A stretch of DNA of 64,000 bases from an uncultured Holophagae bacterium. Lineage in GTDB: Bacteria > Acidobacteriota > Thermoanaerobaculia > Thermoanaerobaculales > Sulfomarinibacteraceae. Position numbers and translations under genes: made by a program. Positions 27,069-35,300 of this stretch are shown here, piece after piece (positions within the stretch are counted from its first letter, which is position 1; each line of letters begins with the position of its first letter). The notes below the pieces were generated by a model that saw only the letters and a list, made by a program, of their open reading frames with translations, was not told the DNA's origin and did not search any database. Where the stretch lies: positions 605,544 through 669,543 of the forward strand of contig CAWDGW010000017.1 in the NCBI GenBank assembly GCA_963801995.1, in the 5' to 3' direction.

Positions 27069-28316
27069 ATGAAAGAGACCAAACCGATTCTCGTGATCGG
27101 AGCGGGCATCGCGGGTGTCACCGCCGCGCTGGAAGCCGGAGAGGCCGGAGCGCAGGTGGTGCTGGTCGAGCGCGACCCGGCGGTTGGTGGCCGCGTCGTC
27201 CGCAGCCACAACTACTTCCCGAAGATGTGCCCACCCACCTGCGGGATGGAGATCAACACCCGTCGCCTCGAGCGCAACCCGCGAATCCGGGTGATGACCT
27301 CGTCGCGAGTCACCGCGGCCGAACCAACCGACGGTGGTTGGCGAGTCACCGTGACCACCGACCCGGCCTGGGTCAACTCGAAATGCACCGCGTGTGGAGA
27401 CTGCGCCGAGGCCTGCACCACCGAGGTCGATGACACTCACAACCTCGGCATGCTCAAGGTCAAGGCAATCCGCCTGCCGCACCTCAATGCGTGGCCCAAA
27501 CGTTTTGTCTTCGATCGAGCTGCCTGCTCGGACGACGAGGCGAAGAAGATCGCCGACGCCTGCAGCTACGGCGCGGTTGATTTGGAGGCGATCGAGACCG
27601 CCGAGACCATCGAGGTGGGAGCGGTGGTGTTGGCCACCGGTTGGAAACCCTACCCGCTGGCCGAGCTCTCCGACCTCGGGGGCGACCTCGAGGACGTAAT
27701 CGCAAATGTCCAGATGGAGCGACTTGCTGCGCCGTCAGGCCCCACCGGCGGCAAGATCGTGCGGCCTTCCGACGGATCGCAACCGACACGGGTTGCCTTC
27801 GTCCAGTGTGCCGGATCGCGCGACGTCAACCACCTCCCCTACTGCTCCGGTATCTGCTGCCTGGCCTCGCTCAAGCAGGCCCAGTACGTCAAAGACCAAA
27901 ACCCGGAGGCCGAGGTGACGATGTACTACATCGACCGCCGGGCTCCGGGTCGCAACGAGGACGTCCTGCTCAAGGTCTCCGAGATCGAGGGCGTCAAGCT
28001 GGTCAAGGGCAAGGTGGGCCGGATCGAGCAGAACGGCGGCGGGCTCAAGCTTCACGTCGAGGACGTGGAAGCCGGCAAGATCATCCACGCCGAGGCTGAT
28101 CTCGTGGTGCTCGCCACCGGGATGATGCCCACCACAGCCGGCGATGAGCCTTCGCTGTTTACCGGCAAGGACGAGGACGGCTTTCTCCTCGACGACCTCG
28201 CCGCCGGCGTCACGGTGGCCGGGGTCGCGCGACGCCCCGAGGACGTCGCGTCATCGGTTCGCGATGCAACCGGAGCTGCAGCTCGAGCATTGGCGGCCGC
28301 GGGAAGGAGGGCCTGA
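27069..28316 (+). CDS. qmoA: quinone-interacting membrane-bound oxidoreductase subunit A (HdrA-like flavoprotein)
   Basis: 415 aa. VIGAGIAGVTAALEAGEAG FAD fold. HdrA-like without a ferredoxin insert. First of three genes in canonical qmoABC order. Confidence 0.9.
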   Translation: MKETKPILVIGAGIAGVTAALEAGEAGAQVVLVERDPAVGGRVVRSHNYFPKMCPPTCGMEINTRRLERNPRIRVMTSSRVTAAEPTDGGWRVTVTTDPAWVNSKCTACGDCAEACTTEVDDTHNLGMLKVKAIRLPHLNAWPKRFVFDRAACSDDEAKKIADACSYGAVDLEAIETAETIEVGAVVLATGWKPYPLAELSDLGGDLEDVIANVQMERLAAPSGPTGGKIVRPSDGSQPTRVAFVQCAGSRDVNHLPYCSGICCLASLKQAQYVKDQNPEAEVTMYYIDRRAPGRNEDVLLKVSEIEGVKLVKGKVGRIEQNGGGLKLHVEDVEAGKIIHAEADLVVLATGMMPTTAGDEPSLFTGKDEDGFLLDDLAAGVTVAGVARRPEDVASSVRDATGAAARALAAAGRRA

Positions 28317-30562
28317 TGGACAAGATCGGTGTAGTCCTGTGTACCGGTTGCGGCATCGGCGATGCGATCGATGTGGACGAGGTCCTCTCGGCGGCCAAGG
28401 AACGCGGTTGCGCCTGCACGCTGACCCACGAGTGCCTGTGTGCACCCGAGGGCCTCGATGCGATTCAAGCGGCGGTGTCGGAGAACGCCCTCAACGGCGT
28501 CATGGTCGCCGCCTGCTCCGAACGGGTGAAGACCGAGGAGTTCGCGACGCTGACGGCCGACGGCACGGTCATGTTCCGGACGGCGATCCGCGACCACTGC
28601 ACGTGGCCGCACGAAGCCGGCCACGAGGACACCACCATGCTCGCCCAAGATCTGGTGCGCATGGGCATGGCCAGGATCGAGGGAATGAAAGCGTTCTCGG
28701 CGCTGGAAAAAGAGATCAGCGACACTGTGCTGGTGGTTGGGAGCGGCCGTGCCGGCCTCGACGCGGCCACAGCCGCCGCCGGCCTGGGACATCCGGTCGT
28801 GCTGGTGGAACGTGCCGACCGGCTCGGCGGCCTGCTTGCCGCTCAGATGTCGATCCCGCCCGAACACCCACCCTATGACGCTCCCCAGCCAAACCCGATC
28901 CCGGGCGTCATCGAGGAGGTGCTGGGGGACGACCTGATTCAAGTTCACACCTCGACCGAGATCGTCGAGATCGACGGCCAACCCGGCCAGTTTACGGTGC
29001 GGTTGAAGGGAGCTGCCGAGGTCGAGCTCACCGTCGGCGCGATCGTCCAGGCCACTGGAGCGCGGCCGTACGATTCCTCGAGATTGAACCATCTCGGATA
29101 CGGCAGCTCGGCGGACGTGGTGACCTCGCACGAGTTCGAATCCATGCTCTCGACCGGAAAGATCGCCTGCCCGTCCGACGGCCGTCGGCCTCAGCGGATC
29201 ACGTTCATCCAGTGCGCCGGTTCTCGCGATCCCGACCACCTCAACTACTGCTCCTCGGAGTGCTGCATCAACACTCTCCGACAGGTCTCGGAGCTCAACG
29301 CAATCGATGCCTCCATCGAAAGCGCGATCATCCACAAGGACATGCGCGCCGCCGGTCTCATGGAGCGCTTCTACCTCGCTACCCAGGAGAAGACGGGGGT
29401 GATGATCACCCGTGGCGAGGTGAGCGGCGTCAGCGCCAACGGCAAGCTCACGATTGCCCTCGAGAACAGCCTGCTGGGCGACAACGTCGCCATCGACTCC
29501 GACCTGGTGGTGCTGGCGGTCGGGATGGTCCCGGTGGCCGCCGACGGCGAGCTGATCCGCGAACTCCACGATTCCCGACACAATGCCGAGCACTCGGACA
29601 GCTCGCAGGTGCGTGAGGCCTCCGCCAAGCGGGCCGCCGAGCTGGTCGGCCACGAGGGGACCGAGATCCTCAACCTGACCTATCGTCAGGGCCCGGATCT
29701 GCCGACTCTCAGGTACAACTTCCCCGATTCCCACTTCATCTGCTTCCCGTACGAAACCCGACGCACCGGCGTGTATGCCGCCGGTACCGTGCACGCCCCC
29801 ATGGACTCGGCTCAGGCCGGAGAGGACGGTTTCGGCGCTGCTCTGAAGGCAGTGCAGTGCATCGAGATGGCCAAGCGCGGCGAGGCGGTGCACCCCCGGG
29901 CCGGCGACATCGGCTATCCGGACTTTTTCCTCCAACGCTGCACACAGTGCAAGCGCTGCACCGAAGAATGCCCGTTCGGAACCCTGAACGAGGACGCCAA
30001 GGGGACCCCGGAGCTGTTCGAGCTGCGCTGCCGCCGCTGCGGTATCTGCATGGGAGCCTGCCCTGAGCGGATCATCAGCTTCCCGGACTACTCAGTGCAC
30101 CAGATCGCCGAGATGATCAAGGCGATGGAGGTGCCCGAGGACTACGAGGAGAAGCCCCGCATCCTCGCTTTGATGTGCGAGAACGACGCAGTGCCCGCGC
30201 TCGAGGCGGCGGCGGCGAACGGCGCCACATGGAACCCGTGGGTTCGAGTGGTTCCGATCCGCTGTCTGGGATCCATGAACATCATCTGGCTCGCCGAAGC
30301 TCTGTCGCGCGGCGTCGACGGCGTCATCCTGATCGGATGCAAGTACGGTGACGATTATCAGTGTCACTACGTACGCGGCTCCGAGCTCGCCAACACCCGG
30401 CTCGGCAACGTCGGCGAGACCCTGGAACGGCTCTCCCTCGAGTCCGAGCGAGTCAAGCTGGTCGAGCTGTCTCACGACGAGTTCGGGCGCGTGACGCAGG
30501 TTCTCGACGACTTCGCGGCGGAGCTCGATGAGATGGGTCCGAACCCGCTAAAGGGTTTTTAG
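28316..30562 (+). CDS. qmoB: Qmo subunit B (HdrA-like with 2x[4Fe-4S] and MvhD-like domain)
   Basis: 748 aa. VVGSGRAGLDAATAAA. CTQCKRCTEECP and CRRCGICMGACP. C-terminal MvhD-like IRCLGSMN...LIGCKYGDDYQCHY. Start overlaps the qmoA stop (TGATG), with GGAAGGAGGG RBS. Confidence 0.93.
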   Translation: MDKIGVVLCTGCGIGDAIDVDEVLSAAKERGCACTLTHECLCAPEGLDAIQAAVSENALNGVMVAACSERVKTEEFATLTADGTVMFRTAIRDHCTWPHEAGHEDTTMLAQDLVRMGMARIEGMKAFSALEKEISDTVLVVGSGRAGLDAATAAAGLGHPVVLVERADRLGGLLAAQMSIPPEHPPYDAPQPNPIPGVIEEVLGDDLIQVHTSTEIVEIDGQPGQFTVRLKGAAEVELTVGAIVQATGARPYDSSRLNHLGYGSSADVVTSHEFESMLSTGKIACPSDGRRPQRITFIQCAGSRDPDHLNYCSSECCINTLRQVSELNAIDASIESAIIHKDMRAAGLMERFYLATQEKTGVMITRGEVSGVSANGKLTIALENSLLGDNVAIDSDLVVLAVGMVPVAADGELIRELHDSRHNAEHSDSSQVREASAKRAAELVGHEGTEILNLTYRQGPDLPTLRYNFPDSHFICFPYETRRTGVYAAGTVHAPMDSAQAGEDGFGAALKAVQCIEMAKRGEAVHPRAGDIGYPDFFLQRCTQCKRCTEECPFGTLNEDAKGTPELFELRCRRCGICMGACPERIISFPDYSVHQIAEMIKAMEVPEDYEEKPRILALMCENDAVPALEAAAANGATWNPWVRVVPIRCLGSMNIIWLAEALSRGVDGVILIGCKYGDDYQCHYVRGSELANTRLGNVGETLERLSLESERVKLVELSHDEFGRVTQVLDDFAAELDEMGPNPLKGF

Positions 30563-30572
30563 GAGGGACGAT

Positions 30573-31778
30573 ATGGCCTCGATCCCGGTCATTCATCCAT
30601 CAGCGACATTCCGCGAGGAGTTCTTCAATCGCGGCGGCCGGAACGTCAGCAAGTGCTACCAGTGCGCCACGTGTTCGAGCGTGTGCGAGCTCGCGCCCGA
30701 TAGCGCTCCCTTTCCACGACGGCAGGTGCTGCTTGCCCAATGGGGTCTCGAAGATCAGCTGATCGCCGATCCGGGTCCCTGGCTGTGCCACCAGTGCAAC
30801 GATTGCTCGGTTCGATGCCCGCGCGAGGTCAACCCCGGCGACATGATGGCGGCGGTCCGATCGATGGCGGTGGAGAGACTGGCCTTTCCCGGCGTTCTCG
30901 GCTCGTTGGTGGGCAACGTCAAGAAGACCTGGCCGCTGCTCGTCATCACGCCGATCGTCTTCTGGTTCGTGCTGCTCTTCGTCACGACCGGTCTCGGAGA
31001 GATCAGGGGGCACACCAATCTGGCACCGTCGGCTCTGCTGGGGCAGTTCTTCTACGACTCGTATGTGCCCCACTCGCTGATCTACATCGTCAATTTTGCA
31101 GCCGTAGGCTGGGTCGGCTTGGCGCTTTTTGTCCAGGGATCGAAGTTCTGGAAGTTGCTCGGTACGGGACAGAAGAGGACCGGAACACTGATCGGTGCGT
31201 TGACGGGGGTGGTCGTCAGCATTGCCCTGCACAGCAAGTTCTCCAGCTGCGATCACGGTGTGCCAAAACGCAGGTGGGGGCACTTTCTGGTCATGTGGGG
31301 TTTTGTAGGGGCGGCCATCACGTCCGGCTGGGCGGTGGTCTACCTGTATGGAGAAACGGTCTTTTTCTCGTGGTTCTTCAAGATCTTCCCATTCGAAAAG
31401 CCGGGGTACCCGGTCGAGATCACGCACTGGGTGAAGCTGCTCGGAAACGCTTCGGCCGTCGCCCTGGTGGTCGGCGGCGTGCTGCTGTGGGTCAACCGCC
31501 GCAAGACCGGCGACAAGCTTGTCGGAAGCACGACCCCGTTCGACCGGTTCTTCTTGTGGGTCGTTCTCGCCGTCATCGCCACCGGCGTCTTCACCGAGCT
31601 CTTCCGCTTTCTCCCGGGCGTCAGCTCGAACATCGGATTCGGGATCTACATCACCCATCTCGGAGTGGTGCTCTGTCTCTTTCTGACGCTGCCCTACTCC
31701 AAGTTCGCGCACATCCTCTATCGCACCCTGGCTATGACCCACGAGCGGATGACCACAAACCAGCAGTTGAAGAGGTAG
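30573..31778 (+). CDS. qmoC: Qmo subunit C (HdrC-like Fe-S domain fused to heme-b membrane domain)
   Basis: 401 aa. CYQCATCSSVCE and CHQCNDCSVRCP, followed by about six TM helices. AGGAGGG RBS. Confidence 0.9.
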   Translation: MASIPVIHPSATFREEFFNRGGRNVSKCYQCATCSSVCELAPDSAPFPRRQVLLAQWGLEDQLIADPGPWLCHQCNDCSVRCPREVNPGDMMAAVRSMAVERLAFPGVLGSLVGNVKKTWPLLVITPIVFWFVLLFVTTGLGEIRGHTNLAPSALLGQFFYDSYVPHSLIYIVNFAAVGWVGLALFVQGSKFWKLLGTGQKRTGTLIGALTGVVVSIALHSKFSSCDHGVPKRRWGHFLVMWGFVGAAITSGWAVVYLYGETVFFSWFFKIFPFEKPGYPVEITHWVKLLGNASAVALVVGGVLLWVNRRKTGDKLVGSTTPFDRFFLWVVLAVIATGVFTELFRFLPGVSSNIGFGIYITHLGVVLCLFLTLPYSKFAHILYRTLAMTHERMTTNQQLKR

Positions 31779-31820
31779 ATATTCACGCCCTGAGGGGCGG
31801 TTAAACCCAACAAGGAGAAA

Positions 31821-33017
31821 ATGATGATCAAACCCCACGGATCCGACACACTCAACCCGCTGTACGTGGCCGACGATGCCAAGCGCGCAGCCCTCACTGC
31901 AGAAGCAGCGAGCCTGCCGTCCATCGTTGTGTGCTCCGCCGCGGCCGCCAACGCGGTCATGATGGGCTCCGGCTACTTCAACCCCTTGACCGGTTACATG
32001 GACCTGGCCGACGCCCTGTCCACCTCTGAGAAGATGGTCACTGCCAGCGGTCTCTTCTTCCCGGTTCCGGTGATCAATGTGGTCGAGGATGCCGCCGGCA
32101 TCGAGCCCGGCATGCGGATCGCCCTCAAGGATCCAAACGTCGAAGGCAACCCGGTCCTTGCCATTCAAACCGTCGACAAGGTGGAGACCGCCACCGACGA
32201 GCAGATGGCCTTCATGACCGACAAGATCTTCCGCACCGACGACATGGAGCATCCCGGAGTCAAGGCCTTCAACACCGTCGGCAAGACCCTCATCTCCGGT
32301 CCCATTGAAGTGCTCAATTACTCGTATTTCGCGACCGAATTCCCAGACACCTTCCGCACCGCTATGCAGATTCGCGAAGCCATCGAAAAGAACGGTTGGA
32401 CCAAGGTCGTGGCCTTCCAGACCCGCAACCCCATGCACCGCGCGCACGAAGAGCTCGTCCGCATGGCCATGGAACGGGAGAACGCAGACGGCGCGGTCAT
32501 TCACATGCTCCTCGGCAAGTTGAAGCCTGGCGACATCCCGGCCGACGTCCGTGATGCCGCCATCCGCAAGATGGCCGAACTCTATTTCCCGCCCAATTCG
32601 GTGGAGATCACCGGCTACGGATTCGACATGCTCTACGCCGGACCGCGTGAGGCCGTGCTCCACGCGGTTTTCCGCCAGAACATGGGCGCAACCCACCTGA
32701 TCGTTGGTCGTGACCACGCCGGTGTGGGCGACTACTACGGTCCCTTCGACGCCCAGGCCATCTTCCGCGACGAGGTTCCCGAAGGCGCCCTCGAACTCAA
32801 GATTTTCGAGGCCGACCACACCGCGTACTCGCGCGAGCTCGGCAAGGTCATCATGATGCGCGAGGCCCCTGAAGGCCACCAGAAGGAAAGCTTCGTTTTC
32901 CTCTCCGGCACCAAGGTGCGCGCCATGCTCTCCGCCGGCGAAGACCTGCCGCCCGAGTTCGCCCGCCCCGAGGTCGCCAAGATCCTCATGGGCTTCTATC
33001 AGAGCCAAAACGGCTGA
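31821..33017 (+). CDS. sat: sulfate adenylyltransferase (ATP sulfurylase)
   Basis: 398 aa. FQTRNPMHRAHEEL and LIVGRDHAGVG motifs. AAGGAG RBS. Confidence 0.95.
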   Translation: MMIKPHGSDTLNPLYVADDAKRAALTAEAASLPSIVVCSAAAANAVMMGSGYFNPLTGYMDLADALSTSEKMVTASGLFFPVPVINVVEDAAGIEPGMRIALKDPNVEGNPVLAIQTVDKVETATDEQMAFMTDKIFRTDDMEHPGVKAFNTVGKTLISGPIEVLNYSYFATEFPDTFRTAMQIREAIEKNGWTKVVAFQTRNPMHRAHEELVRMAMERENADGAVIHMLLGKLKPGDIPADVRDAAIRKMAELYFPPNSVEITGYGFDMLYAGPREAVLHAVFRQNMGATHLIVGRDHAGVGDYYGPFDAQAIFRDEVPEGALELKIFEADHTAYSRELGKVIMMREAPEGHQKESFVFLSGTKVRAMLSAGEDLPPEFARPEVAKILMGFYQSQNG

Positions 33018-33039
33018 GTTTGTACCGATCTCTCATTCG

Positions 33040-33071
33040 ATCCCCCGCCTTCGAAGGCGGGGGATTTTTTT
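33040..33071 (+). terminator. rho-independent terminator after sat
   Basis: atcccccgcc-ttcgaa-ggcgggggat, followed by T7. Confidence 0.85.
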
Positions 33072-33137
33072 CGCCCCATATCCTCATAGCCCCACCGCCC
33101 CGGAGCCCAAAAACACCTCATCTCATTGCATTTTCGG

Positions 33138-33159
33138 CTATTATCACGTATGATAATAG
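33138..33159. promoter_or_regulatory. candidate operator for the HTH gene
   Basis: ctattatca-cgta-tgataatag is a perfect 9-bp inverted repeat ending 2 nt before ATG 33161, in an AT-rich patch. Confidence 0.5.
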
Positions 33160-33160
33160 A

Positions 33161-33697
33161 ATGAAAGAACCGTTGGACATTTCGCGACAGATCGCCGCGC
33201 GGCGCAAGGAACTCGGTCTGTCGCTGAGCCAGCTCGCGAGGCGAGCGGACACGTCACCGGCGACCCTGTCGCGCTACGAGAACGGCTGGTCGCGATTCGA
33301 ACTGTCGACCCTTCGCAAGCTCGCCACTGCGCTCGACTGCGACCTCGCAGTGCAGCTGCATCCCCGAAATCGTATGAAGGGCCGGCAGTCTCCGTCAGAG
33401 GTCGTTGAGCAGCTCCGTCGACTGTTCTGGGACGTGAAGCTGGTCGAGCTCCACCTCGATGAAAACGCCCTCTGGGTCGTGGAGCGTGTGCTCGAGTACG
33501 GCACACTGGACGACGTCCACACGCTTGTCGAATTCTTGGGCCGAGAGACGTTTCTACGTTTCGTCGCCGAGGCGAGGTTTTCTTCCAACAGAACGCGGGT
33601 GTTCTGGGAGAGCGTGCTCGCAAAGGAGGGCAAGACATGCACGAGAAGGTACTCCCGGCTGGAAGCCGCGAACTCCTGGCGAAGCTCCGGTCGCTGA
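33161..33697 (+). CDS. XRE-family HTH protein (putative antitoxin/regulator)
   Basis: Start set at MKEPLDISRQIAARRKELGLSLSQLARRADTSPATLSRYENG, a classic HTH_3 pattern. The ORF-track 5' extension crosses the sat terminator. Overlaps the next gene by 61 nt. Confidence 0.75.
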   Translation: MKEPLDISRQIAARRKELGLSLSQLARRADTSPATLSRYENGWSRFELSTLRKLATALDCDLAVQLHPRNRMKGRQSPSEVVEQLRRLFWDVKLVELHLDENALWVVERVLEYGTLDDVHTLVEFLGRETFLRFVAEARFSSNRTRVFWESVLAKEGKTCTRRYSRLEAANSWRSSGR

Positions 33698-34266
33698 AAG
33701 CTCCTGAACTCGAAGGCTGGACCCTGGCAGGCGGCACTGGGCTCGCGTTACAGATCGGACACCGCATCTCCGAGGACTTTGACTTCTTCCGTGCCGACAC
33801 CTTCTTCCCGGAACGCCTTCACGAGGGCCTCCGCTCCATCGACGAGGTCGAGACCCTCCAGGAGGAGGATCGAACTTTGACGGTGCTCGTGTCGACGGTC
33901 AAAGTTTCGTTCTTCTCCGTGCCCGACGAGTTCCTTTTTCAAGGACAGCCCTACGAGTTCTTTGTCCTGGCAGACCCCCGAGACATCGCGCTCATGAAGC
34001 TGGCAGCGATCTCGGGACGGGGCAGCCGAAAAGATTTTGTCGATCTCTACACTATCCTCCGCGGGGGTCTGTCTCTCGGGCAGCTCTTTTCGTGGCTACC
34101 CGAGAAATACGGTGCGGGACGGGTCAACGCGTACCACGTGTTGAAGAGCCTCACCTACTTCGAGGATGCTGAGCGCGAACCCATGCCGGAGATGCTCGAG
34201 CCCTTCAACTGGATCGAGTGCAAGGCGTTTTTCGTCCGCGAGGCGCACGCCATCACCCTGCCGTAA
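33637..34266 (+). CDS. nucleotidyltransferase, AbiEii/AbiGii-toxin-like (DUF1814-type)
   Basis: 209 aa. AAGGAGGG RBS. LAGGTGLALQIGHRISEDFDFF and RGSRKDFVDLY...YFEDAE resemble the AbiEii NTase pattern. Paired with the upstream HTH gene. Confidence 0.65.
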   Translation: MHEKVLPAGSRELLAKLRSLKAPELEGWTLAGGTGLALQIGHRISEDFDFFRADTFFPERLHEGLRSIDEVETLQEEDRTLTVLVSTVKVSFFSVPDEFLFQGQPYEFFVLADPRDIALMKLAAISGRGSRKDFVDLYTILRGGLSLGQLFSWLPEKYGAGRVNAYHVLKSLTYFEDAEREPMPEMLEPFNWIECKAFFVREAHAITLP

Positions 34267-34287
34267 CCCCCCTTCCACCCGCCCAGC

Positions 34288-34460
34288 AAAAAGTTAAACG
34301 TTGAAAGTTAGGTTCATCCGAGAAAACGTGAGCTGAGGTGTTCCCGTGCTCGGGATTCAGGGACGGCGACAGTGAACAGCGGCAGCGAGCAGCGCCAGGG
34401 ACAGGATCAGGATCAGGAAACAGCGGGCAGCGACAGCGGCAGAGGCCGCGATCAGATGTG
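34288..34460. repeat. left flank of four-helix-bundle cassette (terminal motif plus CAGCGAC-type array)
   Basis: aaagttaaacgttgaaagttaggttcatccgagaaaacgtgag, then ggcgacagtgaacagcggcagcgagcagcgcc...cagcgggcagcgacagcggcag. Mirrored at 34990-35216. Confidence 0.8.
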
Positions 34461-34510
34461 CGACGGCCGCATGGTCCCCTCCGGGTCGTTCTATGGGATG
34501 GGGACGAATA

Positions 34511-34592
34511 GCTGCCAGGGAGGCCATTGTCAAGGGACGCTGCGCTGCCGGACTTGGGTCCGGCAACCCTTGACAATGGCCTCCCTGGCAGC
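34511..34592. repeat. perfect 26-bp inverted repeat (long hairpin) upstream of the four-helix-bundle gene
   Basis: gctgccagggaggccattgtcaaggg (34511-34536) pairs with cccttgacaatggcctccctggcagc (34567-34592). The 30-nt loop contains its own ccggac-ttgg-gtccgg hairpin. Confidence 0.9.
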
Positions 34593-34654
34593 TTGTTGAA
34601 GGGCATGAACGACCCGGAGGTGACCAGTCCTGAGCCGTCAGCAACACCAATCTC

Positions 34655-34981
34655 GTGGCCTACGCCAAAGCCCTCGAAGCAGCAGGCATCGCCATCAAGC
34701 TGGTTTCGAGAGTGCCGGCTCCGCTGAAGTCCATCGCCGATCAGCTGATCCGGTCGGCAAGTTCGGTCCCGGCCAACCTGGCGGAAGGGCACGGCCGAAA
34801 CGGAAGAGATCGCCAGCACCACTGGCGCATCGCTAACGCCTCGGCCAAGGAGGTCGACAGTCACCTGCGACTGCTCTCAGCCGCTGGTGCCGTCAATGGA
34901 GTTGGCGCGGAGAAGGCCCTGGGTACTTTTGACCAGGTTCGTGCCATGACCTGGCGCCTGCTCAATCCCGTCTCACCGTAG
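34655..34981 (+). CDS. four-helix-bundle protein (23S rRNA intervening-sequence protein family)
   Basis: 108 aa with GTG start. ADQLIRSASSVPANLAEGHGR...RIANASAKEVDSHLRLL fits the family pattern (QL.RSa.Si..NiAEG..R ... iA.gS..E). Confidence 0.75.
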   Translation: MAYAKALEAAGIAIKLVSRVPAPLKSIADQLIRSASSVPANLAEGHGRNGRDRQHHWRIANASAKEVDSHLRLLSAAGAVNGVGAEKALGTFDQVRAMTWRLLNPVSP

Positions 34982-34989
34982 CTCTCAGC

Positions 34990-35216
34990 ACGACACACGC
35001 TCTGACGCTGACGCTGTCATCTGACGCTGATCCCGGACCCTGTCGCTGGATGCTGCCGCTGCCACCTGACGCTGATCCCGGCCCCTGTCGCTGGACGCTG
35101 CCGCTGCCACCTGACGCTGCGCCGGCCCCCGTCGCTGTAAGCCGACGCTGTCACTGTTCGCTGTCATCCACCACCTCACGGAATTCCGGATGAGCCGAAA
35201 GTTAAACGTTTCAACC
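34990..35216. repeat. right flank of four-helix-bundle cassette (GCTGACG-type array with 45-bp tandem repeat, plus terminal motif)
   Basis: 45-nt unit ctgacgctgatcccgg(a/c)ccctgtcgctgga(t/c)gctgccgctgccac at 35021-35065 and 35066-35110, with a diverged third copy to 35154. Then ctcacggaattccggatgagccgaaagttaaacgtttcaacc. Confidence 0.85.
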
Positions 35217-35300
35217 ACGTGGCGGTGCTGCCCTAATCCCCCCCATCCTCACAACCCCGCAGCCTCGAATCCCTACTGCCGTGTCCCCGAATGGCTTACG

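Noticed and set aside
27069-30562. In-frame TGA (selenocysteine) recoding in the HdrA-like QmoA/QmoB or in the hydrogenase genes
   Set aside because: All these ORFs are continuous without internal TGA. The only unresolved part is the hyhL C-terminus, which lies outside the window.
33020-33160. 5' extension of the HTH gene (ORF track start 33020)
   Set aside because: The extension runs through the sat terminator hairpin and T-tract and through the operator palindrome. The HTH domain begins right after ATG 33161.
34253-34864. 203-aa minus-strand ORF covering the 26-bp hairpin and part of the four-helix-bundle gene
   Set aside because: It runs through repeat arrays and the perfect palindrome, and lies antisense to a gene with a recognisable family pattern.
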